This document shows, piece after piece, positions 31,372 through 41,503 of a stretch of DNA of 64,000 bases (positions are counted from its first letter, which is position 1; each line of letters opens with the position of its first letter). The position numbers and the translations under genes were made by a program. The notes under the pieces are model-generated. The model was not told the origin of the DNA, made no database searches, and saw only the letters and a program-made list of their open reading frames with translations. The stretch lies in contig JBECUI020000041.1 of assembly GCA_040954595.2 (NCBI GenBank), positions 1 through 64,000 on the forward strand, given 5' to 3'. The DNA comes from Balanoglossus misakiensis (Eukaryota; Animalia; Hemichordata).

Positions 31372-34256
31372 CTATTCGTCCACCTTCAGCGCCTCGTCCG
31401 TTCGAAAGAGGTTGAAGAGTGTCTCCTTGACCGTGTCCTCGATCAGCGTCGGGCTGAAGCCGGCGTCTGCCGAAGCCTCGATTTGCACGGTGATCTTGAT
31501 GTTGTCAGCACTACGACCAAGCGCGTTGATGATCCCGGTGTAGAACGTGTGGAAGTCGGTGAACGGAACCTCGACGTCGAGCCGCACGCTATGAGGCTTT
31601 CCGTCCCCTGCCGTTGCAGCTGAGCCGCCACCAGGTTTTGCTGTGGTCCCACCAGGAGTACCACCCGTTCCCGGGGGAGCACCCACTGTCGCTCCACCAG
31701 ACTCGGTGCCGGGTTGTGCCACACCTCCCTGCGCGCCACCGCCAGAGACCACCTGCACTGGCGTGCCGCCTGCGGTCTTGGGCCTTCTCTTCCTCGAGCC
31801 TCGAATCGGCAAGCGCTTGTCTAACCAGGAAGTAGCCATCCTCGAGGGCAACGCCCGCGATGGTGATGGACGTCTTGTAATGCAAGATCTTAGCGTCCTC
31901 CGCGCCCGTACCCTCGCAGAGGGCAAACTGGCCCGAGCGAACGCCATCGACGATGGCCTGTCGCAGCACGTCGTCGTCCTTGAGAATGGGCAGGTGGGTG
32001 AAGTTGCGGAAGTAGCCAGGCAGTGCCTTGAGACTCAAGGCCGACTCGTCCTCGCGCCACACCTGCAACTTGGTAGGATGGACCAGCAAGATCGATGCGA
32101 TTTGCTCAAGGTACTTCTGCTTCTCTTTGAGGAAGACCACCACCAAATCGGTAAGGTTCTGGTCGGTCGTCATGGGGGGCTGACCCATGTCGAGTACCTC
32201 CAGTGGATCGCCATTGGTCCTCCCCCACGCCACATGGCGGTACGCTCGCATTATCTGCTGGCGAACTCCCTTCGCGGTGTTGGTCTTTTCGCTTTGAAGC
32301 TGCGTGACCTGGGTCTTCGAAAGGTTGTGACGTTCCCGGTTCGTATCCACGTTTTCAGCAGCGAGCAGGCTACGCATACGGTCCTTGAGCGGCGTTACCT
32401 CAGCCTCGTCGGCAATGAGAAACACGAGTGTGTTGCGGCGCGTCCGATGGGTTGACCCGCTCTTGCTCAGAATGTCGAGCACGGCGGTCTGCGTGTCGGC
32501 CCGACTCGATGGACCAAAGGTCTGCTCTGGCGGCATGACCACCAGCTTGTTGACGTTGTTGTCAGGAATGTCAGCCGGCCCCTCCGGCCAGATATAGCGC
32601 GCCAACGGCGTTGATGAGAACTTTCCAAGCTCTGCCTCAGTCCGCGACCGTACCTGCTCATCATCCACGCCGTTCTTTGCGTCGAGCAGGATGCGGTTGA
32701 GGTTCGGTGTCGTCGAAAATCGAAACCTTTCACCCTCGGTGTTGATGAAGTGGAAACGCTCCTTCATCTGCAGGACTACGCCCGGGATCGTACCGAAATC
32801 AATTTCCGGCCGAGCCGACGCGAGATGCAGTTCGGCAAGCGTCGCGCCACGGGAACCATTGCCCGCCTCACAGGTGAAGAGAAACGTCGTCGTCGCCAGA
32901 CCCGCGGCGATGTGCCACTGGGTCATCTGCGGGCTTTGTCGGTCGAGATCCGTCGCATTCGCGCCGGCACCGATAATGTCGGCCTCGAGGGGGGAGCGGA
33001 ACTCCCGGTCTACGAGCTCAAGGAGCTCCGAGCGGATCTCCTCATTGTTCAGGTCGATATCGCTGGCCTGTATCAAACCGCCGGTGTGTCCCTTTTTGAT
33101 CAAGTCGGCCACAACCAGAGCGAGCAATCGCAGTACGCCACGAGTTCGCTGGAACTTCGGATTCGCCCCAACAAAACGGTTCAGGATGTCCAGCAGGTAC
33201 GGGTGGAATGGGTAGCTTTGCTTGAAGCGTTCCTCGTACGAATGCTCCTTGGAGAGGTCGGGAACCTGGGGGCGGGCCTTCAAGTCCGCAACGTAGGCTA
33301 CGATGGTGCTGTCGCGGTTGTTGCCCTTTCTTGGTGCGGGTGCCCTTGTCTTCCGTGTCTTGACCGAAGGGCACGAAAAGTCGCCGCCGGATGATCTCGT
33401 GGACTTCGTCGCCCTCTACCGGTTCGCGAACCTTCTGAACTGAGCCGAAGATCTTCTGGAGTCGATCAAGTGCATCCACGGAGGCAGTTCCGTGAAGCTC
33501 CAATCTGCTCTTGGGGAGGGTGGCTGCCAGAACACACTTGTCGTGGCCCCCGATCCGGCGCGTGAGGGTCTGCAGGAAGGTCAAGGTCTGCGCCGCGAGC
33601 GTCGAGTCCTGAACAGCGATGCCTGCGGCCTTTTCTATGTAGTTCACCACCTCGTCTAGGATGATGAGTCCACCCTCGGATAGCCGCAGCAGCGCATCGA
33701 TCTCCTCACCGCCGGGCGTGACGCGATCCGCGTCATAGTTGGCGACAAGCTCGTAGCCAGGACGCCCGGCGAGCTGCCAGGCCAGGTGGCCCCACATAGT
33801 TTGGACAGACAGTTTGGGTTCGACCTCTAGGGCTCCCACACCCACCTGGTTCCCGTCGAACGCTGCGACGGGAACACTTGGTGGCACCTTCCAGCCGCGT
33901 TCCAGCCAATAAGTGTTGAGGGCGGGATGATCGAAGCACGCCTGACCGTTCTTCACCAAGTGATACAAGGTGATGAGGGTGTGCGTCTTGCCACCGCCAA
34001 ACGGGGTCTGGATCTGCATGACAGCATCCCCGTCCCCTTGTCCGGTCAGGCGTCCGACAACCTCGCCGGCGAGCTGCCGGAGGCCGCCCGTGAGGAAGGT
34101 GCGGTTGAAGAAGCGGACCGGGTCATGGTAGTCCGGGTTCCCGCTGCCGCGGAGAACGTCGGCCAGGCTTGCAGCGAAGTCGCTCTGCTTGACCTTGCCC
34201 TGCTTGATATTGTCGTGCGGAGTAACAACCTGCCGCCAGGGTGTTGTGTTGGCCAT
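31372..34256 (-). CDS. DUF499 family AAA ATPase (split into three ORFs by frameshifts)
   Basis: PWRQVVTPH, FAASL, QTPFGGGKTH, IILDE, IIRRRLF, YPFHP, FQRTRGVLRLLA; G/P/T-rich linker before the C-terminal domain. Confidence 0.88.
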
Positions 34257-34269
34257 GGCTTCCCCTCTC

Positions 34270-36969
34270 TTAGAACAGCTTCTGCTGCTTGGTGGTCATC
34301 TCGTCCTTCTTCGTCGGCGACGGCAGCGAGCGTGCGCCAACCAGGAAGTTCTCGTACAGCGCTCGTTCCTTGTCTCCGGGCACCAGCACGTCGACAATGC
34401 TCTGGCCGAGTCGTTGCATCCGATCAACGCCTCCAGGAGGCAGAGCCTCTGCTAGGAAGTCCGACAGGTCCTGTCGCTGCCCCGCAGCCCAGAGATTCGC
34501 AGCCCGGTGTAACACGTCGATGAGCGGTGCGAGGGTCCCGGTCGCCGCCGGCTCCCCGAGCCCCTTGATCTTGTTGCGCTCGACGGGGCCCTTTAGGCTA
34601 ACCTTGTCGCCCTTCTTGTTGAGCACACCTTTATCTGAGACCAGCGCATCGAATTCGCAGCCCATGGATTGAGCCATATGAATGGCTTCACCCGCCTCCA
34701 CATCCGCACCGCCAAAGGCCCATCGCCAAATAACATAGAAGCGACTCGCTTCATCAACAGCTCCGGCTGCTACCCCATGGACAATCCGCTGCAAGGCGTA
34801 GTCGGCAACGACGCCTCTCACCTTATCGAGCAGCTCGCCGACCGTGACCAATTCTCCGCTAAGCTTCAGCACCCGCTGGAAGCGACCAAACACTTCCACC
34901 GCCGGGCCGATGGCCGACATAAAGAAGTCTGCACCACGAATGCCTTGTGACCAGAAGTAGTCGAGGCGTTCGTGAAGGCGCTCCTTGAGCGCAGGCTCAA
35001 CGTCGTCGATGAAGCCGTCCTCACTGCCAGTACGCTTTCGGCAGACAATCAGAACTGACGAAGCCAGGGCGGCGGAGTCCTGGCTTCGCAAACGTGCGCC
35101 CATTTCCGTGTCTAGCGGCCACGAGGCGGTAACTACAAACCCAGCCGACAAAAGCGAACTGATGGCCGTTTCCCAAGCCGACGTCGCCTTGTGTGCGAAC
35201 ATCACCCCCAGGACGCATTCGTCGCGAAGGAGCGTCCGACACTTTGCGAAACTCTCCGTAAGTAGCTGTTCGAACCGCTCCTTCGTCTTGTAGGCGTATT
35301 TGGGGTTTCGCTCGGCGAGCTGAACTGCTTCATCGCGTTTAGGTGTTAGTTCCGTGGCGAAGTCGTCGGGAAACACATCGTGAAGGCAGATTCTCGCCCA
35401 TACGTAAAAGAAGTCGGACAGGTCGGCATAGGGCACAGCGTCGTAGTACGGTGGGTCGGTGATGATCAGGTCAAACTTCTCTGGATCTGAAAGGCGGGTT
35501 GCCGATCCTCGGATCACTCTGGCGTGGGTTTCAACGGTTGCAGTGTGGAGAATGACACGCCGGATCCAGTCCTGCGCGCCTTCCCAACTGCCAGCCGCAC
35601 CCGCGAAAGGGTCGATTTCCGAGTAGTCCCAGACCATGCCCAGAGCTTGCCGTGCAAACGTGTTCGCAACGAATTCACCTCGGCTCACCCAACGACAAAT
35701 GGCACTGTTGTAGTCAGCTGTTCGACCAAGCATTAGCGTCAGGTAGGCTGCAAGAGCCTCCGCGTACTCGGGATCGACTCCTGCGGCATCGCGCATCTCG
35801 GCTGTAGCACTCGATATCTCCCGTGCGAGAGTAGACAAGGTGAGCAGCTGCCGTGCATTGAACAGGTCCCGCCAGCGCCGAATGCCGTATACATGCACAT
35901 TGAAGATGCTCCGCAGATAGGGGAGTTCCTGCGCCGGTAGGGAAGTTGGATCACCCGACTCCAACCTGGCGAGGCTCTTCTTCGCCCGCGCGAACGCTTT
36001 GTGGTCCGCCTTTTTCGCAGCCCGGTACTCCTTGCTGCGCCCTCGGTCTGATTCGACTATGCATACGAGTCGCTCACCGAACCCCTCACTATCGGCTATC
36101 GCTCGAAGTTCGGCGCCGCCTGTAATTGACTCACAGAATGGACACTCTACTTTGTCTCGTGAAATAGTTCCGGTTCCAGGTACATCGGATTTTCGCACGC
36201 TGCCAACTGAAACCTCGAAGTCGCGTGCGACTCGGTCGAGCTCAAACCGCATCGAAAGATTGCGGGACTGAGATAACCACGTCTGTTTGTAGATTGGTAT
36301 GGTCGCTCGGCATGCTGGGTTGCGACACGTCATCGTACGCACCCAAAGATAAGCCCCCGCCCTCTTGCCTTCTGAGACTGAAAAACACTTCGCCAGCTGC
36401 TTCTCGGTTCTTTTTGCGACGCGGTCACACCAATATGCTAGGTCGAGGGTAAGAGCTTCTCCTCGCACAAGACCGCCAATCGTACCTGGATTGTCGGCGA
36501 ACACAGGCTTCTCAAGCGCGCCGAATTTCTGCGGGTAAAGCAGCGTGCAGCGCTGAATGAGGTGGGCGATCGGATTCAGATCATTTGAAACGACATCCAG
36601 GCCAAGACGAAGTCCTTCAAGAGGGATCGCACCGCCTCCGCCAAAAGGGTCGAGCAGCCTCAGTGGTCTGTTGGAGCCATCAACCTTGAGATGACGCTTG
36701 AGAGCTGTGATGGCATCCTGGTCGGTGATGTTTTCCCATTTGACCGATTGTGCGAGGTCGTCATGCATCTGCTTTCGTTCTGCTTCGTTCTCCGGCGCCT
36801 TGGCCGCGGCCGCAAAGATCGCCGCCCTGGACGCGGCGAGTGGCCGTCGAGCCCACCAGATGTGAATCGTGCTAATGTGGCCATGGCGAATAGATTTCTC
36901 CTTCGCGCTGTATTCGCTGATCTCCGCCAGGGGCAGGCTGTCCTCTATAAGGCGCCGGTCGTTCTTCAT
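34270..36969 (-). CDS. DUF1156 family adenine-specific DNA methyltransferase
   Basis: HIWWARRPLA, DPFGGGGAIP (motif I), CRNPAC..CPFC Zn ribbon, TDPPYY (motif IV), YADLSDFFYVW. Confidence 0.9.
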   Translation of the reverse strand: MKNDRRLIEDSLPLAEISEYSAKEKSIRHGHISTIHIWWARRPLAASRAAIFAAAAKAPENEAERKQMHDDLAQSVKWENITDQDAITALKRHLKVDGSNRPLRLLDPFGGGGAIPLEGLRLGLDVVSNDLNPIAHLIQRCTLLYPQKFGALEKPVFADNPGTIGGLVRGEALTLDLAYWCDRVAKRTEKQLAKCFSVSEGKRAGAYLWVRTMTCRNPACRATIPIYKQTWLSQSRNLSMRFELDRVARDFEVSVGSVRKSDVPGTGTISRDKVECPFCESITGGAELRAIADSEGFGERLVCIVESDRGRSKEYRAAKKADHKAFARAKKSLARLESGDPTSLPAQELPYLRSIFNVHVYGIRRWRDLFNARQLLTLSTLAREISSATAEMRDAAGVDPEYAEALAAYLTLMLGRTADYNSAICRWVSRGEFVANTFARQALGMVWDYSEIDPFAGAAGSWEGAQDWIRRVILHTATVETHARVIRGSATRLSDPEKFDLIITDPPYYDAVPYADLSDFFYVWARICLHDVFPDDFATELTPKRDEAVQLAERNPKYAYKTKERFEQLLTESFAKCRTLLRDECVLGVMFAHKATSAWETAISSLLSAGFVVTASWPLDTEMGARLRSQDSAALASSVLIVCRKRTGSEDGFIDDVEPALKERLHERLDYFWSQGIRGADFFMSAIGPAVEVFGRFQRVLKLSGELVTVGELLDKVRGVVADYALQRIVHGVAAGAVDEASRFYVIWRWAFGGADVEAGEAIHMAQSMGCEFDALVSDKGVLNKKGDKVSLKGPVERNKIKGLGEPAATGTLAPLIDVLHRAANLWAAGQRQDLSDFLAEALPPGGVDRMQRLGQSIVDVLVPGDKERALYENFLVGARSLPSPTKKDEMTTKQQKLF

Positions 36970-39900
36970 GCTTCACTCCTTATGTTGCTCTCGCTCGCCA
37001 GCGGGAGCTGCAGCCCGGCTAGGCGGATCGAAATCCTATGTTTGTTTTCATCGACACTGGCCGCCATCTCGGCATCTCGACCGTTGATGGTGAACAGTCT
37101 CCCGTCCTGCCTGGCGTAGACCACCGCCAAGTCGGCCAAATGCTGAACCTGCGACCACTCGCTAGCCTTAAGCCATATGCGACCTTCGGCGTCGACAGGT
37201 CGAGTGAGTAGGAAGCGAACGTCTTGCCCATCTTCGCTGGCCGCCATTGCATCGTAGCCGAGTTCCTCGTCGCGAACGTCTTCGACGACGCGGCCCTGGG
37301 TGGCTTCCACCTCGCGCACCTGCGTGAGCAGCGCGTCGTCAGCGTGCGCCACCCCTGCTGTTACTTCCGTAGGCAGCACCGTCACGACCCCTAGAAATTC
37401 GGGGGCTCGGGGTACGAGCTGTTGTTCCAGCCGGACCTCGGCGAGCCGCTCGTGCTGACGACGCTTCGCTTCTTCCATCAAACGTTGCTCTCTGCCAATA
37501 GCGAGGGACATGTCCTGGCCAGCGCCCGATTTTGCTTCCATTTCAAGCAGCCGGTCGGAATGCCGGCTGATCACCACACGGAACGAGCGCTCGAGATAGC
37601 GCTCCTTGAGAGAGAGCTCCTTGAGGCGTCCAACGGACACCTCCTCCATGAAGCGCGGGACAAGGTGCTCGAGGCAAAACAGTGTTGCCGCACGCTTCCT
37701 GTCATCAAAGTCGGCTAGCGCTGGTGGTGGCTCACCGTCGGTGCGTGGAACGAGGTCGTGCAACCGCAAGGGATGTGCGGTCACAAAATGTCCTGTCGCT
37801 TCTGCTTCAAGCTCCCTCACTGCGAAAAGGCGCTGGGAGAGCATCCGTCCGGTGCCGTCACCCACGGCATTCCGGAAGAACCACAGACGTTCGAGCGCCT
37901 CCGCATCAACGTCGTAGAACACCGCGCCACGAGCAAGCGCCGCGACGAACCCTGACTCGGCTGCTTGGAGCACAGACTCGAAAAGGGGATGGCCGGGCCC
38001 GAGCAGCTCCGTGCGCCCATCTTCGCCAACTTGGGTTTTGTCGAAGGTCAGTGAAAGGTAGCTTCGAGCTACCGTCCCATACCGGCGTCGAAACTCGATT
38101 TCTTGTTCGTGCCGCAGATTTACGGGGACACGTTCCACGCGAAGCTTGCCGTCGGCTCGCCGGTCCCAACGCCCTCGATTTCGCTCGAGGCTGTGGGTGA
38201 AGAAACCCTCGAGGTGCGCAGGCAGAAGCGCTTGACCAGCAGAGCGCATGGCGTCGCCCCGGAGCTCAGGGAGATTAACGAACCGTTTGGCAAGACCTTC
38301 CTCGCGTGCGGCAATGAGCGATGCTTGGTGGTCAGGGCTGATAGCCTGCTCGATGCTAGCGACCGCGTCTTCTAGGCAGCGACGGTTGGTGATGCAGTCG
38401 ATGATGAGGTCTGCGAGAGAGATCTTGTGGTCTTCGAGCAGGTCGCCAATGAGGTCGAACACTCGATCAGAGCCGAGCCCTTGGCGCATTTCTTCCATCT
38501 TGCGGAGCAAGGCGGCCATGACCGCCCCTTCGCGCGTGTCGGTGGCGACGAGATTGAAGACGAAGACCTCGTTCTTTTGGCCAATACGGTGGATGCGCCC
38601 CATTCGCTGTTCAAGGCGGTTGGGGTTCCACGGAATGTCGTAGTTGACCATCTGGTTGCAGAATTGGAGGTTGATGGACTCACCACCCGCTTCGGTGGCC
38701 ACCATGATCTGTGCCTCACCGCGGAACAACTCCTGCTGCTGTCGGCGCCGATCCATCGAGAGCGAGCCCTCTATCACGGCGACAGTAAACCGCTGCTCGC
38801 GCAGGCGCCGCACGAGGAAGTCGAGCGTGTCCTTGGCCTCCGTGAAGATGAGCAGCTTCTCGCCGCGGGCTGCGAGCCCCTCATCGCGCAGGATGGCGTC
38901 GAGGAGCTGAGTCAGTTTGTTCTCTATGCCGCTACCCAGGGCCGCGCGAGCGCGGCGCATGAGACACTCCAGTGCGAGAACTTCAGCCTCGAGCTCCTCA
39001 ATCGACTCGGCGTTCGTCAGGCGCTCGACAAGTGAGTCCTCAACGTCCCACCGTTCGGTTTCGGAGAGGTCGTCGACGTCCGCGCCGGCCAGCATCTCGT
39101 CGAGATCCGCGTCGTTGATATTGTCGCCACGTAGCGCCTTGCGCGCCTTGGTTGCGACCAGGGCGCGGACCTGATCGAGCAGTTCCTGCAACCGTCCGTG
39201 ACGCCGTTCGAGGGAGGCTGTGATGGCGGCGAGGCTGGAGGTCAACCGGCGTTGCAGGATGGTCATCGCAAAGCCGACGTTCCTCTTCTCCTTCTGCATC
39301 GCCTTGTTGAAGTGCTCCGAGACGTACTCGGTGACCTCGTCGTAAAGCTGGCGCTCGGCGCGGCTGAGATCAAAAGCGACCGTCTTGACCGTGCGCTGCG
39401 GGAAGAGCGGTGTACCGTCGAAGCGACACATCTCCTCTTTGAGGCGGCGCAGGATGATGGGGTTGTCCTGGCTTGACATCGCCTCTTCGAGAATTCCTCT
39501 GTCGGCGAAGAGATCCTTGTCCAGTAGCTCGAGCAAGAGCCAGAAATTCTCCGGGTCGCCCTTGTGCGGGGTCGCTGTGAGCAGGAGGAAGTGCTTTGTG
39601 CGAATGGACAGCTCCTCCCCCAGGCGATAGAGGCGGGTCTTGCGCGTCTTCTGTGACCGCACCCCTTGGCGGTACGCTGCCATCTTGTGCGCTTCGTCGG
39701 CGATGACGAGATCCCAGTCCGCTTCCTTGAGCGTCTCGAGGACGTTGTCCCGAGCTGCCCAGTAGACCGAGGTGATGCAGCGGTCATTCTCGGTCCATGG
39801 ATTGCGCCCCACGTTCGCTTTGAGTACCCCATTGTCGATGATGCTGAACTCCTCGGAGAACTTCTCCGAGAGTTCCTCCTGCCATTGGCGCGCCACCAGC

Positions 39901-40382
39901 GGGGGAACAACGACCAACACGCGGTCTGCCAAGCCGCGGAAACGCAGCTCCTTCAGGAGCAGGCCTGCCATGATCGTCTTGCCGGCGCCCGGGTCGTCTG
40001 CGAGCAGGAAACGGACGAGGGGCGACTTGAGCATGTAGCGATAGACAGCATCGAGCTGGTGCGGAAGTGGTGTGATGGTCGAGGCATTGACAGCAAAGTG
40101 CGGGTCGTACTCGTAGGCGAGGCGGATCCGGAGCGCCTCGATGGCGAGATGAAAGGCCTCCGGGTCGCCCGAGAAGTCCATGCCCTTGGCGCTGGAGACG
40201 ATCTTAAGACCTGCAACCTGGGCAGCGGTGACGATGATGCCGGGGTAGAACTGACGTGAGCGTGTGCCGACGGCGTCGACCTGAATCATTGTGCCGTAGT
40301 GCTCCACGCTGAGCACTCGGACAGGCTCTGGCCACAGCGGCCCCTCCAGCACCATGTCCTTCTCGATCGCTGTCCCGCTCAT
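36966..40382 (-). CDS. SNF2-family helicase with a degenerate C-terminal DUF3883/NOV_C-like domain
   Basis: LLADDPGAGKT, DEAH, TATPH, YDIPWNPNRLEQRMGRIHRIGQ; start MSGTAIEK overlaps the radC stop. Confidence 0.9.
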   Translation of the reverse strand: MSGTAIEKDMVLEGPLWPEPVRVLSVEHYGTMIQVDAVGTRSRQFYPGIIVTAAQVAGLKIVSSAKGMDFSGDPEAFHLAIEALRIRLAYEYDPHFAVNASTITPLPHQLDAVYRYMLKSPLVRFLLADDPGAGKTIMAGLLLKELRFRGLADRVLVVVPPLVARQWQEELSEKFSEEFSIIDNGVLKANVGRNPWTENDRCITSVYWAARDNVLETLKEADWDLVIADEAHKMAAYRQGVRSQKTRKTRLYRLGEELSIRTKHFLLLTATPHKGDPENFWLLLELLDKDLFADRGILEEAMSSQDNPIILRRLKEEMCRFDGTPLFPQRTVKTVAFDLSRAERQLYDEVTEYVSEHFNKAMQKEKRNVGFAMTILQRRLTSSLAAITASLERRHGRLQELLDQVRALVATKARKALRGDNINDADLDEMLAGADVDDLSETERWDVEDSLVERLTNAESIEELEAEVLALECLMRRARAALGSGIENKLTQLLDAILRDEGLAARGEKLLIFTEAKDTLDFLVRRLREQRFTVAVIEGSLSMDRRRQQQELFRGEAQIMVATEAGGESINLQFCNQMVNYDIPWNPNRLEQRMGRIHRIGQKNEVFVFNLVATDTREGAVMAALLRKMEEMRQGLGSDRVFDLIGDLLEDHKISLADLIIDCITNRRCLEDAVASIEQAISPDHQASLIAAREEGLAKRFVNLPELRGDAMRSAGQALLPAHLEGFFTHSLERNRGRWDRRADGKLRVERVPVNLRHEQEIEFRRRYGTVARSYLSLTFDKTQVGEDGRTELLGPGHPLFESVLQAAESGFVAALARGAVFYDVDAEALERLWFFRNAVGDGTGRMLSQRLFAVRELEAEATGHFVTAHPLRLHDLVPRTDGEPPPALADFDDRKRAATLFCLEHLVPRFMEEVSVGRLKELSLKERYLERSFRVVISRHSDRLLEMEAKSGAGQDMSLAIGREQRLMEEAKRRQHERLAEVRLEQQLVPRAPEFLGVVTVLPTEVTAGVAHADDALLTQVREVEATQGRVVEDVRDEELGYDAMAASEDGQDVRFLLTRPVDAEGRIWLKASEWSQVQHLADLAVVYARQDGRLFTINGRDAEMAASVDENKHRISIRLAGLQLPLASESNIRSEA

Positions 40383-41086
40383 TTTGTGCCTCCCGCCAAG
40401 GAAGGCTCGCTCGGCCGCAGTAAGCCAGCCGAGGCCATGCTGAAGGTGCGAGGCCCGGCAACAATGACGTGGTCCACGACGGGGATGCCCAGTACCTCGA
40501 GCACCTGGCAAAGAGTGCGCGTGACCTGCACGTCCTCATCGGACGGTTGCGCAACACCGCCGGGATGATTGTGTGCAAAAATCACCTTCGCAGCGTGGTG
40601 ACGAAGGGCGGCCTCGACGACAAGGCGGGGGTAAACCGGCGCGCTCGTGATGGTGCCCTCGTGGAGTGGCAGCGCGCGCAGCACGTGGTTTTCGTGCGAT
40701 AGGACGAGGAGGAGGAAGACCTCGTTATTCGCCGTTGCAAGCTCGTCGACGGCGAATCGAGCGATGTCCTCGTGGGTGACGAGCTGGGGTTTGTGCCCCC
40801 AGCGGTCGCGTAGGTAACGCCGAGTGAGCGCCGGCATTAGGTGGAGCAGCGTCGCACCATTATCTCCAACGCCCTCCACCGAGGTGAGGTCAACGGCGGT
40901 AGCGTCGAGAGCGTTCGAGAGCGAGCCGAAACGATCGAGGAGAGCCCGCGCGATTGGCTTCACATCCTTCCTCGGGACGGCGTACGTCAGCAGTAGCTCG
41001 AGGACCTCATGATCTTCGAACGCACTGAGACCACTTCCATTGAAGCGGTCACGAAGTCGCTGACGGTGGCCTTCCAGGTAGGACAT
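40379..41086 (-). CDS. radC: RadC family protein (HhH + JAB domain)
   Basis: GHRQRLR, ELLLTYAVPRKD, EVF, HNHPGG..PSDED, VDHVIV. Confidence 0.9.
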   Translation of the reverse strand: MSYLEGHRQRLRDRFNGSGLSAFEDHEVLELLLTYAVPRKDVKPIARALLDRFGSLSNALDATAVDLTSVEGVGDNGATLLHLMPALTRRYLRDRWGHKPQLVTHEDIARFAVDELATANNEVFLLLVLSHENHVLRALPLHEGTITSAPVYPRLVVEAALRHHAAKVIFAHNHPGGVAQPSDEDVQVTRTLCQVLEVLGIPVVDHVIVAGPRTFSMASAGLLRPSEPSLAGGTK

Positions 41087-41091
41087 TAGAT

Positions 41092-41301
41092 TCAGGCTCC
41101 CTCCCTCGAAGCATCGTCGTCACCCGAAGCGCCCCCTTGGCGCACCCACTCGTCCACCTCGGAGAGCTTGAATTTCCAGAGGCGGCCGACCTTGTGGGCA
41201 GGTAGACCCTTGTGTTCGATCCAGCGGTAGACGGAGTCCTTCGCGACACTGAGGTGTTTCGCGACGTCTTCGACAGAAACCCAGGGTTCGGTGGACATCA
41301 T
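41092..41301 (-). CDS. Excisionase-like helix-turn-helix (HTH_17) protein
   Basis: EPWVSVEDVAKHL...VYRWI...LPAHKVGRLWKFKLSEVDEWV. Confidence 0.85.
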   Translation of the reverse strand: MMSTEPWVSVEDVAKHLSVAKDSVYRWIEHKGLPAHKVGRLWKFKLSEVDEWVRQGGASGDDDASREGA

Positions 41302-41503
41302 TCCTCTCGGCGCTTGCTACGGATACGCCGGGAGGGAGCCGGTCCCCCAACATCCAGCGAAACCATAGGTTGCTACAGTTGGCGGGATGGTATCACTGCA
41401 GAACTCAACGCACAATAGCGTAGTTATGCTATCTTATGCAGACCAAAGTCGGTCAAAGCTGTCTTGAGCGGGACGTAATCACTCTAACATATTGATATTA
41501 CAG

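Noticed and set aside
41483-41503. TAACATATTGATATTA motif resembling integrative-element end sequences
   Set aside because: Single short AT-rich match cut off by the IS; cannot be supported from this window.
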